A stretch of 64,000 nt of DNA from Nitrospirota bacterium. Its GTDB lineage: Bacteria; JACPQY01. The stretch's first letter is position 1; each line of letters starts with the position of its first letter. Location of the stretch: positions 157,544-221,543 of the forward strand of contig JACPAV010000004.1 in assembly GCA_016180645.1 (NCBI GenBank), read 5' to 3'. The notes beneath the pieces were generated by a model, which saw only the letters and a list, made by a program, of their open reading frames with translations, ran no database searches and had not been told where the DNA came from. Of the stretch, positions 14,771-24,689 are shown piece after piece. Position numbers and translations under genes: made by a program.

Positions 14771-16138
14771 CTATTTGTCAATGCTCTTGGCGACGGTTTC
14801 GCCGAGGCCCCACTGCTTGATTTTCTTCCAGAGGGTGACGCGCGTGATGCCGAGGAGGGCGGCGGCTTTCATGCGGTTGCCTTTGGATTCTTGAAGCGCC
14901 TGCTCGATCACTTTTTTCTGCTTTTCGGGATCGAGGCCGCGGAGGAGGTTGACAGGCCGTGAGGGTTTGGCGGCGGGACCGGCCAAGATTTCGGGTGGCA
15001 GATCTTTTCGTTCGAGGGTGTCCGAGCCGCACCGGACGAAAGCGTACTCGACGGCGTGTTCGAGTTCGGTGACGTTTCCCGGCCAGGGATATCCCATGAG
15101 CTCGGCGAGCGCCTTTTCAGAAATGCCGGAGATGTCCTTCCCGTAGCGGCGCTTGCTTCGCTCCAGAAAGTGCTGAACGAGGAGGGGAATGTCCTCGCGT
15201 CGCTCCCGGAGGGGAGGGAGATGGATCGGGATGACTCGCAATCGGAAAAGGAGGTCTTCCCGGAAGTGCCCCTCGGCCACGAGGCGGCGGAGATCCAAGC
15301 TGGTGGAGGCGATGATTCTGGCCTCGGACCGGCGGGCGCGGGTCTCCCCCATCCGGCTGTACGACTGGTCCCGCAGAAGTTGAAGTGTTTTCTGTTGGAG
15401 GAGCGGCGGAAGTTCACTGACCTCTTCAAGATAGACGATTCCCGAACCGGCCAAATCGACGCGGCCTTGGCGTTCACCCAATGCAGCCGACTTTCCACCA
15501 CCGAACAGTTCCACTTCCAGCAGATCGGCCGGCATCCCTTTGCAAGCGAGGGCGGAGAATGGGTGTGTTGCCCGCGGGCCACGTAGATGGATGGCGCGGG
15601 CGACGGTTTCCTTGCCCGTGCCGGGCTCACCGGAGATCAGCACAGGGGCGGGGGAGTCGGCCGTCTGATCGATCAGCCGGAAGACCTCCAGCATCCGGGC
15701 GTCCCGGGTGGTCAGTCCGAAAAACGAAAACCGCTGGGTGGCGGCTTCGCGGAGCCGGACTTGGTCGGTGATGTCTTGGAAGGAGACCGCCAGCCAGGGT
15801 TCCGAGGATTGGGTGAGCCGCCGTGCGGAGAGGCTGAACACCCGGCTGCTGCCGTCCGATCGAACGGTTTCGATGACGCGGCTTTCCGATGGTGTGCCGG
15901 AGCAAAGCTCGTCGATGGGGTCGGTCCCAGGTGCCGCGCGGAGTCCCAGGACTGCATCGATACGCGCGCCGGGAAGCGCATCCACGGAGGTCTTCAGGAT
16001 AGTTCCCGCGGCCGCGTTTCCGAACCGGACGACGCGCTTGGAATCGGCGATCAGGATCCCTTCACGCAGCGTGGCGAGAAGGAATTCACTCGCCTTTGTG
16101 AGTCCTATCGATGCCTGAAAACGTCCAGCTTCATCCAC
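14771..16138 (-). CDS. PAS-AAA+-Fis HTH regulator (NtrC/bEBP-like, degenerate GAFTGA)
   Basis: PAS N-terminus, [27 protein letters not shown]-terminal HTH. Confidence 0.9.
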   Translation of the reverse strand: MDEAGRFQASIGLTKASEFLLATLREGILIADSKRVVRFGNAAAGTILKTSVDALPGARIDAVLGLRAAPGTDPIDELCSGTPSESRVIETVRSDGSSRVFSLSARRLTQSSEPWLAVSFQDITDQVRLREAATQRFSFFGLTTRDARMLEVFRLIDQTADSPAPVLISGEPGTGKETVARAIHLRGPRATHPFSALACKGMPADLLEVELFGGGKSAALGERQGRVDLAGSGIVYLEEVSELPPLLQQKTLQLLRDQSYSRMGETRARRSEARIIASTSLDLRRLVAEGHFREDLLFRLRVIPIHLPPLRERREDIPLLVQHFLERSKRRYGKDISGISEKALAELMGYPWPGNVTELEHAVEYAFVRCGSDTLERKDLPPEILAGPAAKPSRPVNLLRGLDPEKQKKVIEQALQESKGNRMKAAALLGITRVTLWKKIKQWGLGETVAKSIDK

Positions 16139-16146
16139 CTCATATC

Positions 16147-16175
16147 ATGTTAACTTAACATAATATCCGTGTCAA
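16147..16175 (-). promoter_or_regulatory. sigma70 promoter with overlapping palindromic operator
   Basis: TTGACA (16175-16170)-N17-TAACAT (16152-16147); palindrome ATGTTAA-C-TTAACAT 16147-16161. Confidence 0.7.
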
Positions 16176-16228
16176 GTGATACGAATATTACTGATAACTT
16201 TACTGTGAAACGTGCTAGTATCTTGAAA

Positions 16229-16672
16229 TTACAATGGTTCGTAGTGAGAGTCTTTTGCGAATGCATCAGGCATCCCTTTCCAATCTGACTCGGGTCGGTC
16301 GACGGTGAATTCGACCGTGTGCCCATCGGGGTCCTGCACGTAGATCGAACGGGAGACGATGTGATCGGCGGTTCCGACCACGGAGATGCCCTTCGCCAAA
16401 CAATGTCTGTACAACCGCCCAAGTTCTTTTTCATCACTGACTGTCACGCAGAAATGGAAGAGGCCGGTGGCCCGATCGGGGGGCGCCGGCGCTTCTCTCC
16501 CGGCGTCGACCAAGGCCAAATCGTGGGAATGTCCTCCTCCTTCGAGGAACACCATGCCCGGTCGTTCGCCGACCCGCTCGAAACCAAGCTCGGTGTAGAA
16601 TTTTTCTGATCGGTCCAGGTCGCGCACTTTGATAACCACGTGGTTGATCCCTCCTAGGTTGAATTGGGCCAT
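16229..16672 (-). CDS. VOC/glyoxalase family protein
   Basis: INHVVIKVRDL, HSHDLAL, GLFHF, SIYVQDPDGHTVEF. Confidence 0.9.
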   Translation of the reverse strand: MAQFNLGGINHVVIKVRDLDRSEKFYTELGFERVGERPGMVFLEGGGHSHDLALVDAGREAPAPPDRATGLFHFCVTVSDEKELGRLYRHCLAKGISVVGTADHIVSRSIYVQDPDGHTVEFTVDRPESDWKGMPDAFAKDSHYEPL

Positions 16673-16748
16673 GAGTACCTCTCTCACCGAGCGTATCAAA
16701 TTTTGAGGGTGTAGCGGGATTGTTCGGCGACCGAACGATCGCGGGAAA

Positions 16749-16916
16749 TCAGACGAGGAGATCGATGATCGTGCCCAGGTTGTCGATTTGGATCCCCGCC
16801 TCCACGGTTGCCTTCACGGCCTTCTGGGCGAAATCGAGCTGGGCATTGAGGGCTTGGATGAGCACATCGTTCAGCGGGGCGATCGAGACCGATCCGGCGG
16901 GGGAGACTCCGTCCAT
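16749..16916 (-). CDS. Small YjfB-like (putative motility) protein, 55 aa
   Basis: MDGVS...helical...NLGTIIDLLV C-terminal G..ID motif; sigma28-type promoter directly upstream. Confidence 0.6.
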   Translation of the reverse strand: MDGVSPAGSVSIAPLNDVLIQALNAQLDFAQKAVKATVEAGIQIDNLGTIIDLLV

Positions 16917-16925
16917 TCGAGGTGG

Positions 16926-16950
16926 ATCGGCGGCCTTGCGCGGAACTTGA
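16926..16950 (-). promoter_or_regulatory. sigma28 (FliA)-type promoter
   Basis: TCAA-N15-GCCGAT on the minus strand, 9 nt before ATG 16916. Confidence 0.6.
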
Positions 16951-16987
16951 GGCTCCGCCTCCGGTTTTGTTGCCGGTCCGCTTGAGG

Positions 16988-19900
16988 TTAGGGCGCCAAG
17001 GCGAACAGGGAGCCGGTCTGATCGAAATCGAGGAAGTTGCCAAACAGACCCTTCTTGCCGCAGATATCCACCTGCACGGTGAGCCAGTTCATGAGCGCGT
17101 TGAGGACGCGGTCGTCGGACGCCACGTAGCCCGCCGACGGCAACGTGCCGATCGACCGGCTGCACACGGCCCGGCTCGAATCGGTGAGCTCGCCGATCAG
17201 GCGATCGGAGACCTTTACCAGCCCCTTCAGGGCCGGATCCTTGAATTGGAGGTAGAGCAGGTAGCCTCCCCCTTGGGCGGCGCGATAGGGGCTGTCGGCC
17301 GCGGCTCCGACGGAATCGAGCAGGGCTTCATTGATGAGCAGGTTGTCCTTGGCCATCGCCCCCGCGAAGTGGGCGGCATCGCCGCGGGAGATGAGAGCGG
17401 ATTGGTCCTTGTCGCCTTTCTTGTTCTTGCAAATGAGGGCGCCATCTTTTGTCTTGCCGTCCGGGCACGCCGCGGCATCGGAGCTCACTTCGGCCTCGAT
17501 TTTCAGTTTGAGGAGGCTGCCGCTTCCGCTCGTGGCCGGTGTGAGCGCGCTCAAACCGGACTGGAAGAGAACGCCCGGATAGACTTGGAAGGCATCGCCC
17601 AGCACGGCGGTGAGGGTGGGCGAGCCGATGGCCAACTCGCGGCTGGAAACGCCCACGGAAGGATCGACGACGGCTTTGCCGAGCTTGGTGAGAAGCGCGG
17701 CCTGAGCGGGCCACAAGGCGCTGTAGTCGATGGCGAGTCCTCCCTCGGTTTTGGGGAGCCTGAAGGCCGCCGCGCTCGAAGGAGCGGGGCAACCTTCAGC
17801 CAGGATCGAGCCTGCCCCGGTGGCGGCGAACGCGCCGAAAGATTCTGGGAAGAAACGGATGACGATTTCGTCGCACGCGTTGAGCCGGTTGTCACCATTC
17901 GAATCCACAAAGCGGAGGACGGCCTCGGCGCTCGTGCTGTTTTCGAGCGCGGATACGACGGCGGGTTTCGAACCGGCATTGCCGTGGATCCACTCGATGG
18001 CCGCCTTGGCGGAGGCGCGCGAGGTTTCCAGTTTCGACGCGGCTCCCGTGTTCTTCACCGCGCCTTCCAGGATCTTGAGCATCATGCCGTCGAGCTGGTC
18101 GATCGTGGTGAGAATCTGGCCTGCGGTGTCGACGTCGAAGGAGAGGCTGCCGCTCAGGAGCGAGGTCGCTTCGGAGAGCAGCGAATTGATGTCCACGTGG
18201 GCCGCGGCGAAGTAAAGCCCCGCATGAACGCCTTGTCCGATCGCCGCCAGGAAGCGGAAGGCCGCCTCGTTGTAGACGCCGCCCAGATCATGCGTCGTTT
18301 TGCTGAAAACAACTTTCGTGGTCACGAGACGGTAGCCTGCGGGCGCGTTGATGTTCACGCCCATGGCGGCGATCGAATCGGCCAGATCCTTGCCGCATTG
18401 GGCGAGGCCGCGCTCCGCGCAGGGCGTATCGGGGGAGATGATGCCGATGAGCGGGCCCATCACGGAGTTGATGTCCAGGCTCGTGGCCGTTTGGGAGCCG
18501 AAGCTGAAGATTTGGGCGAGGTCGGCCATCGGTCCCAGGAACTGAGCCAGATCGTAAATGACCTGGAGGAAACGCGCGCGGTCCAGCGCATCCGGAGAAA
18601 TCGTGCCGAGTTTCTGGAGCAGGAGTTCCGTGTTGGAGCGTGTGCCCCCGGAGACGGGCCTGTCCTGGTATGCAGAAGCAACACGGGTCTCCAGATACCG
18701 AAGGAGGTCCTCAGCATCCGGCTTGCCATTCCCGTTCGCATCGGCCTTCAATTCTTCTTCGGTGGCTCCCGACAAGGTTTGCATGAGTTCTGAGTCCGCC
18801 GTGGAGGAGGTTTTGGTCGCCGCGGCTGAGTCCGGCAATGCGGCAACGGCCTCGCCGAAGGTCGGCTTGCAATGCTCAACAACGCATGTGCTCTGCGTTT
18901 CGCCTTTGAAGGTCACCGGGGAGCGACCGTCGCACTTTTCCGCTCCGTCGTACGCGATGGAAAGCGTTTCTTTTCCGCGGAGTTCGATTGTGCCGGAGAG
19001 CGGTTCCTGGTCGCAGGCCGTGCCTCGCACGACCTCTTTGAGGTGGGCTTCGACCCGGCCGACCGTCGGCTCGTCCTTGGGGGGCTTCGTCGGTTCCCCA
19101 CCTTTATAGGATCGCGCCACGACAAGCCCGCCGTTGTAGGTGATCGTGTCGGCTCCGCCTTCACGGATACGAAGATCGTCGTACGAGGCGGTCATCAGAC
19201 CGGCCCGCCATCCGGGGGCCCCGTACTCCGGGTTCTCACTTCGGTTCGGGTCCAGCCAGGTGTAGGACGCGGTGCCCTTCAGTGTCGTTTCCCCGGCCTT
19301 CGTCTCGATCTTGAGCGAGCCGACGGAGAGCGGCAGGCGTTCGCTGAAGCCGGTAATCTGCGCCCAGAGGTTCATCTCGGCTTCGATGAGGCGGATGGAG
19401 CTGTCCGCCGACCGTTGTCCGCGAATGAACGCGGAACCCTCGGCGCGGTAGGAGAGATTCGGGGACTTGACATCGAGCGGTTGGACGATCGTCATCGTGA
19501 GGTCCACGGCTTCCGCGCTGACTTTCCCTTTCAGGACGGCTTCGCCGTCAACCGAGATCTTTTCCGATTTTCCAAGTGACCGGGAGCACCCGCCTGTGAT
19601 CGTGATGTCCAGGAGGCCGGCCGCGGAATCGGATCGATCCGTCACCTTTGGGCACGACTCGGCAGCGGCGGTGGTCGTTCCTGTCTTGCCGCCGGTGGAG
19701 GCGCCGGAGGAAGAGCCGGTGGAACTGCCTGTCGATGCTCCGCCGGTGGAGCCGGTGGTCGTTCCGGTCGGTGGAGGTGGCGGCGGGGGAGGCGTCGTCG
19801 TGCCGCCAGGAGATGTCTGGAAGAAGGGGGAACGGCGCGGAGACTTGGATGGGGTGGTGGTACCGGTGATGATGGAGCAGAGCTGCGATCCGTACTCGGT

Positions 19901-20482
19901 CAGGATTCCCGAGCACGATTCTTCGTCGGACATCATGAGGGCTGCCTGATCGGAACACAGCATTCCTTTGTCGGCGTATTGACACGTGGAGGATAGGGAA
20001 GGGTTAGTGACGGACCCCGGACACGCGCACATCTTGGCGAACAACTCTCGGCACTTGGCACCGAGTTGAACGGCTTTCTGCCCCGAGGGACAGGTGCCCC
20101 CTGTGGTGGGTGTGCCGTCTTTCCCCGTCTGACTGTTGCCCGTGGCGCCTTTGGAGTCGAATTTGTTGATTGCTGTCTCGACTTCACCGAGGTCGATGCC
20201 CGGCAGGTTCAACATCATATTGGCCGCCTCGGCCTTGAAAGCCGAGTCCCATTCCTCCCTCGCTTCCGTGGCGTCGAACTTTCCCGCCAGATCCACGGGA
20301 AGCGGCTCCAGCCACCGGTAGGCATCCGATGCCTTCGTCAGCACCGCCGGCTGCACGCTTTGCTCGATGTTCTTGGCCTGCCCCTCCACACCCTTCGGCC
20401 CTTCATCCGTGGCGAGTGGAAGCTCGCAAGCGGCCAGGCCGAAGACGCATAAGGGTAGAACTAGGATTCGGAATGGGTTCAT
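16988..20482 (-). CDS. Large uncharacterised surface lipoprotein (about 1160 aa)
   Basis: Lipobox LAAC; Cys-rich domain, P/T/S/G linker, DxNGD-type loops; start ATG 20482 after aaggggg. Confidence 0.85.
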   Translation of the reverse strand: MNPFRILVLPLCVFGLAACELPLATDEGPKGVEGQAKNIEQSVQPAVLTKASDAYRWLEPLPVDLAGKFDATEAREEWDSAFKAEAANMMLNLPGIDLGEVETAINKFDSKGATGNSQTGKDGTPTTGGTCPSGQKAVQLGAKCRELFAKMCACPGSVTNPSLSSTCQYADKGMLCSDQAALMMSDEESCSGILTEYGSQLCSIITGTTTPSKSPRRSPFFQTSPGGTTTPPPPPPPPTGTTTGSTGGASTGSSTGSSSGASTGGKTGTTTAAAESCPKVTDRSDSAAGLLDITITGGCSRSLGKSEKISVDGEAVLKGKVSAEAVDLTMTIVQPLDVKSPNLSYRAEGSAFIRGQRSADSSIRLIEAEMNLWAQITGFSERLPLSVGSLKIETKAGETTLKGTASYTWLDPNRSENPEYGAPGWRAGLMTASYDDLRIREGGADTITYNGGLVVARSYKGGEPTKPPKDEPTVGRVEAHLKEVVRGTACDQEPLSGTIELRGKETLSIAYDGAEKCDGRSPVTFKGETQSTCVVEHCKPTFGEAVAALPDSAAATKTSSTADSELMQTLSGATEEELKADANGNGKPDAEDLLRYLETRVASAYQDRPVSGGTRSNTELLLQKLGTISPDALDRARFLQVIYDLAQFLGPMADLAQIFSFGSQTATSLDINSVMGPLIGIISPDTPCAERGLAQCGKDLADSIAAMGVNINAPAGYRLVTTKVVFSKTTHDLGGVYNEAAFRFLAAIGQGVHAGLYFAAAHVDINSLLSEATSLLSGSLSFDVDTAGQILTTIDQLDGMMLKILEGAVKNTGAASKLETSRASAKAAIEWIHGNAGSKPAVVSALENSTSAEAVLRFVDSNGDNRLNACDEIVIRFFPESFGAFAATGAGSILAEGCPAPSSAAAFRLPKTEGGLAIDYSALWPAQAALLTKLGKAVVDPSVGVSSRELAIGSPTLTAVLGDAFQVYPGVLFQSGLSALTPATSGSGSLLKLKIEAEVSSDAAACPDGKTKDGALICKNKKGDKDQSALISRGDAAHFAGAMAKDNLLINEALLDSVGAAADSPYRAAQGGGYLLYLQFKDPALKGLVKVSDRLIGELTDSSRAVCSRSIGTLPSAGYVASDDRVLNALMNWLTVQVDICGKKGLFGNFLDFDQTGSLFALAP

Positions 20483-20612
20483 GACTTTCCCCCTTTCGGT
20501 TGCTCCCCTGCGGTTCCCATACGGGTTGGTGGAACAGATTACCTCTTCCACTCGGGGACATCAAGCGGTTGATATCGCGGTTCGGCCTCTATAGTCTTGC
20601 GGAGGAGTTCCT

Positions 20613-21419
20613 GTGGCAAAGGAGAACGCTTCCTATGAACGGCGCGGCGCGGCGGCGATCCTTCGTATTACCCGCCCGGAGCGGCGGAACGCGGTGGACA
20701 GCGCGACGGCGAAGGCCCTGTTGAGTCATTTCCGCGAATTTGAACGCGACGAATCCGCGCGCGTCCTGATCGTGACCGGAGACGACAAGGCGTTCTGCGC
20801 CGGATGGGACCTCAAGGCGGCGGATTCCGCAACCGATCCCGATGAAGGCCCGATGGGTTTCACACGGGTTTTCTCGACGAAACCGACGATCGCCGCGATC
20901 AACGGCTACTGCGTGGCGGGCGGGCTGGAAATCGCGCTCTGGTGCGATCTCCGCATCGCGGCAACCGATTCCGCCTTCGGCTGTTTCGAACGCCGTTGGG
21001 GCGTCCCGCTTTTGGATGGGGGCACTCAGCGGCTTGCTCGCGTGATCGGACTCAGCCGAGCACTGGAACTCATCCTTCTCGGGCGGGCCGTGGATGCGGA
21101 AGAAGCCCTTCGATTCGGACTGGCCAACGCGGTTGTTCCGCCGGCCCAGGTTTTGGAAAAGGCCGTCGAGTGGGCGGAACTCATCGCGTCGTTCCCGCAG
21201 GAAACGCTCCTCGCCGACCGCGAGGCCGCGATCAAAGGATTCGGGTTGCCGCTCGATCAGGGGCTCGCCCTTGAGCGCCGATTGGGGCTTCAAACCGTGG
21301 CGGTCGCCCTCAAGGGCGCGGCGCGATTCAGCGGTGGCGCGGGCCGGCATGGAGCAGGCGTGCCAGGAGGGCAGCGTCCCGACCCTCCAGCGGTGTCCAA
21401 GGATGGGCGCCGCAAGTAG
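20613..21419 (+). CDS. Enoyl-CoA hydratase/isomerase family protein
   Basis: RPERRNAV, FCAGWDLK, KPTIAAING..VAGG.E; SD ggagga. Confidence 0.93.
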   Translation: MAKENASYERRGAAAILRITRPERRNAVDSATAKALLSHFREFERDESARVLIVTGDDKAFCAGWDLKAADSATDPDEGPMGFTRVFSTKPTIAAINGYCVAGGLEIALWCDLRIAATDSAFGCFERRWGVPLLDGGTQRLARVIGLSRALELILLGRAVDAEEALRFGLANAVVPPAQVLEKAVEWAELIASFPQETLLADREAAIKGFGLPLDQGLALERRLGLQTVAVALKGAARFSGGAGRHGAGVPGGQRPDPPAVSKDGRRK

Positions 21420-21500
21420 GTCGGGGGAGTTCCGGATCTCAAGAAGTAAGCCGCGCTTTCCGTTTCCCACGAAGCGCGTGCTTTGCTACGCTTTCGCTCC

Positions 21501-22145
21501 ATGAACAGAGCCGTATTTCTGGATCGCGACGGAACCGTTTGCGAAGAGGTGGGTTACGCCAATCACCTTTCCCGGATTCGACTCCTTCGCCCGTCCGCCG
21601 GCGCCATCCGCCGGCTGAACAAGGCCGGCTTCAAAATTATCATCGTTACCAACCAGGGCGGCGTGGCCAAAGCCTACTTTCCCGAGAGCTTTCTCGCCCA
21701 GGCGCACGGCTACTTGCGGGCAGAGCTTCGCAAGCGCGGGGCAAAGATCGATGACGTGTACTACTGCCCCCATCACACGGACGGCGAGGTGAAAAAGTAC
21801 ACGCGCAAATGTGAATGCCGGAAGCCCAGGACCGGCATGCTTCTGGCGGCCTCTCGGAAACACGGGATCGATCTCCGGAGCAGTTTCATGGTGGGCGACA
21901 AAGGCGTGGACGTGGAACTGGGCAAGAACGTTGGGGCGAAGGCGATCCTCGTGAGGACCGGTTACGGAGCCGGCGAGGTGGCGTTCAGAAAGAAATATTG
22001 GAAGGCCCGTCCGGACTACATCGCCGATGACCTCGCCGACGCCGCGCGCTGGATCCTGCGGAAAGGCCGCATGATCGTTCCACTCGCCGTCCCCGGAGCG
22101 AAGAGAAGGGGGCCGCGGAACGGCTCGTCCCGGAACCGGCGCTGA
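21501..22145 (+). CDS. gmhB: D-glycero-D-manno-heptose-1,7-bisphosphate phosphatase
   Basis: FLDRDGT, TNQGG, CPHH...CECRKP, MVGD. Confidence 0.9.
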   Translation: MNRAVFLDRDGTVCEEVGYANHLSRIRLLRPSAGAIRRLNKAGFKIIIVTNQGGVAKAYFPESFLAQAHGYLRAELRKRGAKIDDVYYCPHHTDGEVKKYTRKCECRKPRTGMLLAASRKHGIDLRSSFMVGDKGVDVELGKNVGAKAILVRTGYGAGEVAFRKKYWKARPDYIADDLADAARWILRKGRMIVPLAVPGAKRRGPRNGSSRNRR

Positions 22146-23164
22146 TGGCGAAGCGGCGATCCGCTCCCGTTCGAAAGTCCGAACTCAACCGAATTCTTCG
22201 GGCCCTTCCGAAGCTCAAGGCCGGCGTGATCGGCGATCTGCTCGTGGATGAATACGTCGTCGGGCGCACGTCCCGCGTCTCCCGTGAAGCCCCGGTCCTG
22301 ATCATCCGTTACCAGGAGTCACGGTCCGCCCTCGGCGGCGCGGCCAATACCGCGAACAACGTCGCCTCCCTCGGCGCCCGCGTGCGGCCGCTGGGCACGG
22401 TGGGGGAAGACGCCGCGGGGCGTTCCCTCACGGCGCAACTCCGGCAGGCGGGAATGGATACCTCCTGCGTGCTCGCCTCGGCGGAAACGCCCACAATCAC
22501 CAAGACGCGAATCCTCGCGGGCGGACTTCACACCGCCGTCCAGCAGGTCATCCGGATCGACCGGGAACCGGACCAGGGTCCTCCTGCCGCCGTGGAGCGC
22601 CGGATTCTCCGCGAAGTGGACCGCCTGGTGAGGACCGTGGACGTGATCATTCTCTCCGACTACGGTTACGGCGTCCTCGGCGAGGCGGTGGTCGCCAGGC
22701 TAAATCAACACGCGCGCGAAAAAAAGCCGCCGATTTTTGTTGATGCGCAGAAAGATCTCTTGCGCTTCCGGGGGATGAAGGCCATCACGCCAAACGAACC
22801 GGAGGTAGAGGAAGCCCTCAAAGTGAAACTCTCGACGGACGATGAAACGATCCTCGCCGGGCGGACACTTCTCGAAAGATCGGGTCACGCCTGCGTAGTC
22901 ATCACCCGCGGGCGGAAAGGGATGGCGGTGATCGAGCGCGGAGCCGAGCCGGTTCTGCTGGACGTTTTCGGGACGGATGAAGTGGCGGACGTAACCGGAG
23001 CCGGCGACACCGTGGTGGCGACGCTGGCCCTGGCCGTGGCGGCAGGCGCGGGCTGGCGGGAAGCAGCGGTCCTGGCGAATATGGCCGCGGGAATCGTCGT
23101 CACGAAATCGGGAACCGTCCCTATTACCCGCGCGGAGCTTTCAAAAGCCGTTTCGTCTCTGTAA
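22145..23164 (+). CDS. hldA: Heptose-7-phosphate kinase (PfkB family, RfaE domain I)
   Basis: RVSREAPV, GGAANTA, SDYGYG, TPNEPE, DVTGAGD. Confidence 0.88.
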   Translation: MAKRRSAPVRKSELNRILRALPKLKAGVIGDLLVDEYVVGRTSRVSREAPVLIIRYQESRSALGGAANTANNVASLGARVRPLGTVGEDAAGRSLTAQLRQAGMDTSCVLASAETPTITKTRILAGGLHTAVQQVIRIDREPDQGPPAAVERRILREVDRLVRTVDVIILSDYGYGVLGEAVVARLNQHAREKKPPIFVDAQKDLLRFRGMKAITPNEPEVEEALKVKLSTDDETILAGRTLLERSGHACVVITRGRKGMAVIERGAEPVLLDVFGTDEVADVTGAGDTVVATLALAVAAGAGWREAAVLANMAAGIVVTKSGTVPITRAELSKAVSSL

Positions 23165-23271
23165 TATTCCCCCGATGCCCAGATTCTATGACCTTTCCAG
23201 TCATCGTCCCCTGAGCGAAGCGTAGGGGGGCGATGGTCCACAATAAGACGAGAGCTCAGAGGTAGGCCCGA

Positions 23272-23748
23272 ATGGCTGAAGCGGTTGCGCACCGACCCAA
23301 ACTTCGGTTCAAGCCGACGGACGAAACCCGCTTGAGTTCCGTCTCGGACCCGGCTAATGTGAGCAGCCACATGGCCAAGAAGCCATACACGGTAGTCGTA
23401 GCGGAGGACGATCCCGTTTCGGCCAAGATCCTCCTGAACGAGCTCCAGAAGGCTGGTTTCAAGGTCCAAGTATTCCCAAACGGGGGCGAGGCGATCCAGG
23501 CCATCAAGCAGAGCCCGCCCGACGTGGCCATTCTCGACCTGATGATGCCGAAGCTTCACGGATTCGAGGTCTGCCGCATGATCAAGACCGACGCGGCGCT
23601 GAAATCGGTGAAAGTGATGATCCTGACGGCGCGTGCCTACAAGCCGGACCAGGACAAGGCCATGGAGCTGGGCGCCGATGGATTCGTGCTCAAGCCCTTC
23701 GCGCCAAACGAAATTATTGAAAAAATCCGCAAGCTGGCGGGCGGATGA
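23272..23748 (+). CDS. Single-domain response regulator (start may be 23371)
   Basis: AEDD, ILDLMMP, LTA, KPF. Confidence 0.9.
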   Translation: MAEAVAHRPKLRFKPTDETRLSSVSDPANVSSHMAKKPYTVVVAEDDPVSAKILLNELQKAGFKVQVFPNGGEAIQAIKQSPPDVAILDLMMPKLHGFEVCRMIKTDAALKSVKVMILTARAYKPDQDKAMELGADGFVLKPFAPNEIIEKIRKLAGG

Positions 23749-24689
23749 GCGCGGGTCACCACACTCCGGCTGAATCGACCCCGGGTTTTTTCCGCGTCAA
23801 GTTCTGGGGAACACGCGGATCGATCGCCACACCCGATCCGGCCTGTCTCGGATACGGCGGCAACACGGCCTGCACCGAAGTTCGCGTGGATGGCGAGGTG
23901 ATCGTGATCGACGTGGGCACGGGAGGTCGATTGCTTGGCTCCGCGTTGGCGAAAGAGTACGTGGGCAGGGAGTTCACCGTCCACCTTCTCATCACGCACA
24001 CGCATTGGGACCATATTCAGGGCTTCCCCTTCTTCCTGCCGGCGTATCTGCCCACGGTAAAGCTGAAGATCTACGGCCCGGCGGGAACCGACAAGCCCAT
24101 CGAGAAACTGTTCCGGGACCAGATGGACACTTCCTATTTCCCGGTGCCGCTGACCGACTTGTCATCATCCATTGAATTCAAGAACCTCCGCGGGGGGGAC
24201 GAATTCGATATCGGGCCGATGCGGGTGAAGGCCTTCTACCTGAACCACCCCTGCATGGCGCTCGGCTACCGGATCGAGGCGGGCAAGAAATCGATGGCCT
24301 ACATCACGGATCACGAGCCCTACCGCCATCTCCTGTTCCGCCAAAATCCGCTGGCGACACGGCTTGCGAATCGCGAGCAGATCGAGCGGCTCGATCACGG
24401 CTTGGTGGAGTTCGTTCAGGGCGTCGATCTCTACGTGTGCGAAGGCCAGTACACCAAAGAAGAGTATCCGCAGAAAATCGGATGGGGCCACACCTGCCTG
24501 GACGATTTGGTTCAGTACGGCATCGACGCGAAGGTGAAGAAGATGCTCCTCATCCACCATGATCCGATGCACGACGACGGATTTGTGGACAAAATGGTGG
24601 CCCACGCCCAGCAGCTCATCAAGAAATCCGGCCAGCCCATCGAATTCGCAGGCGCCCGCGAAGGCTTCGAAATCAACCTGATCGGCTGA
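23745..24689 (+). CDS. MBL-fold metallohydrolase (putative phosphodiesterase)
   Basis: FWGTRGS, GGNT.C, THTHWDHIQG, HHDP; ATGA overlap with the regulator. Confidence 0.9.
   Translation: MSAGHHTPAESTPGFFRVKFWGTRGSIATPDPACLGYGGNTACTEVRVDGEVIVIDVGTGGRLLGSALAKEYVGREFTVHLLITHTHWDHIQGFPFFLPAYLPTVKLKIYGPAGTDKPIEKLFRDQMDTSYFPVPLTDLSSSIEFKNLRGGDEFDIGPMRVKAFYLNHPCMALGYRIEAGKKSMAYITDHEPYRHLLFRQNPLATRLANREQIERLDHGLVEFVQGVDLYVCEGQYTKEEYPQKIGWGHTCLDDLVQYGIDAKVKKMLLIHHDPMHDDGFVDKMVAHAQQLIKKSGQPIEFAGAREGFEINLIG

Noticed and set aside
16922-18793. 623-aa plus-strand ORF
   Set aside because: Antisense to the large lipoprotein; no recognisable domain
19680-19810. Repetitive DNA as a CRISPR or mobile repeat
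   Set aside because: Explained by the Pro/Thr/Gly/Ser linker codons of the lipoprotein
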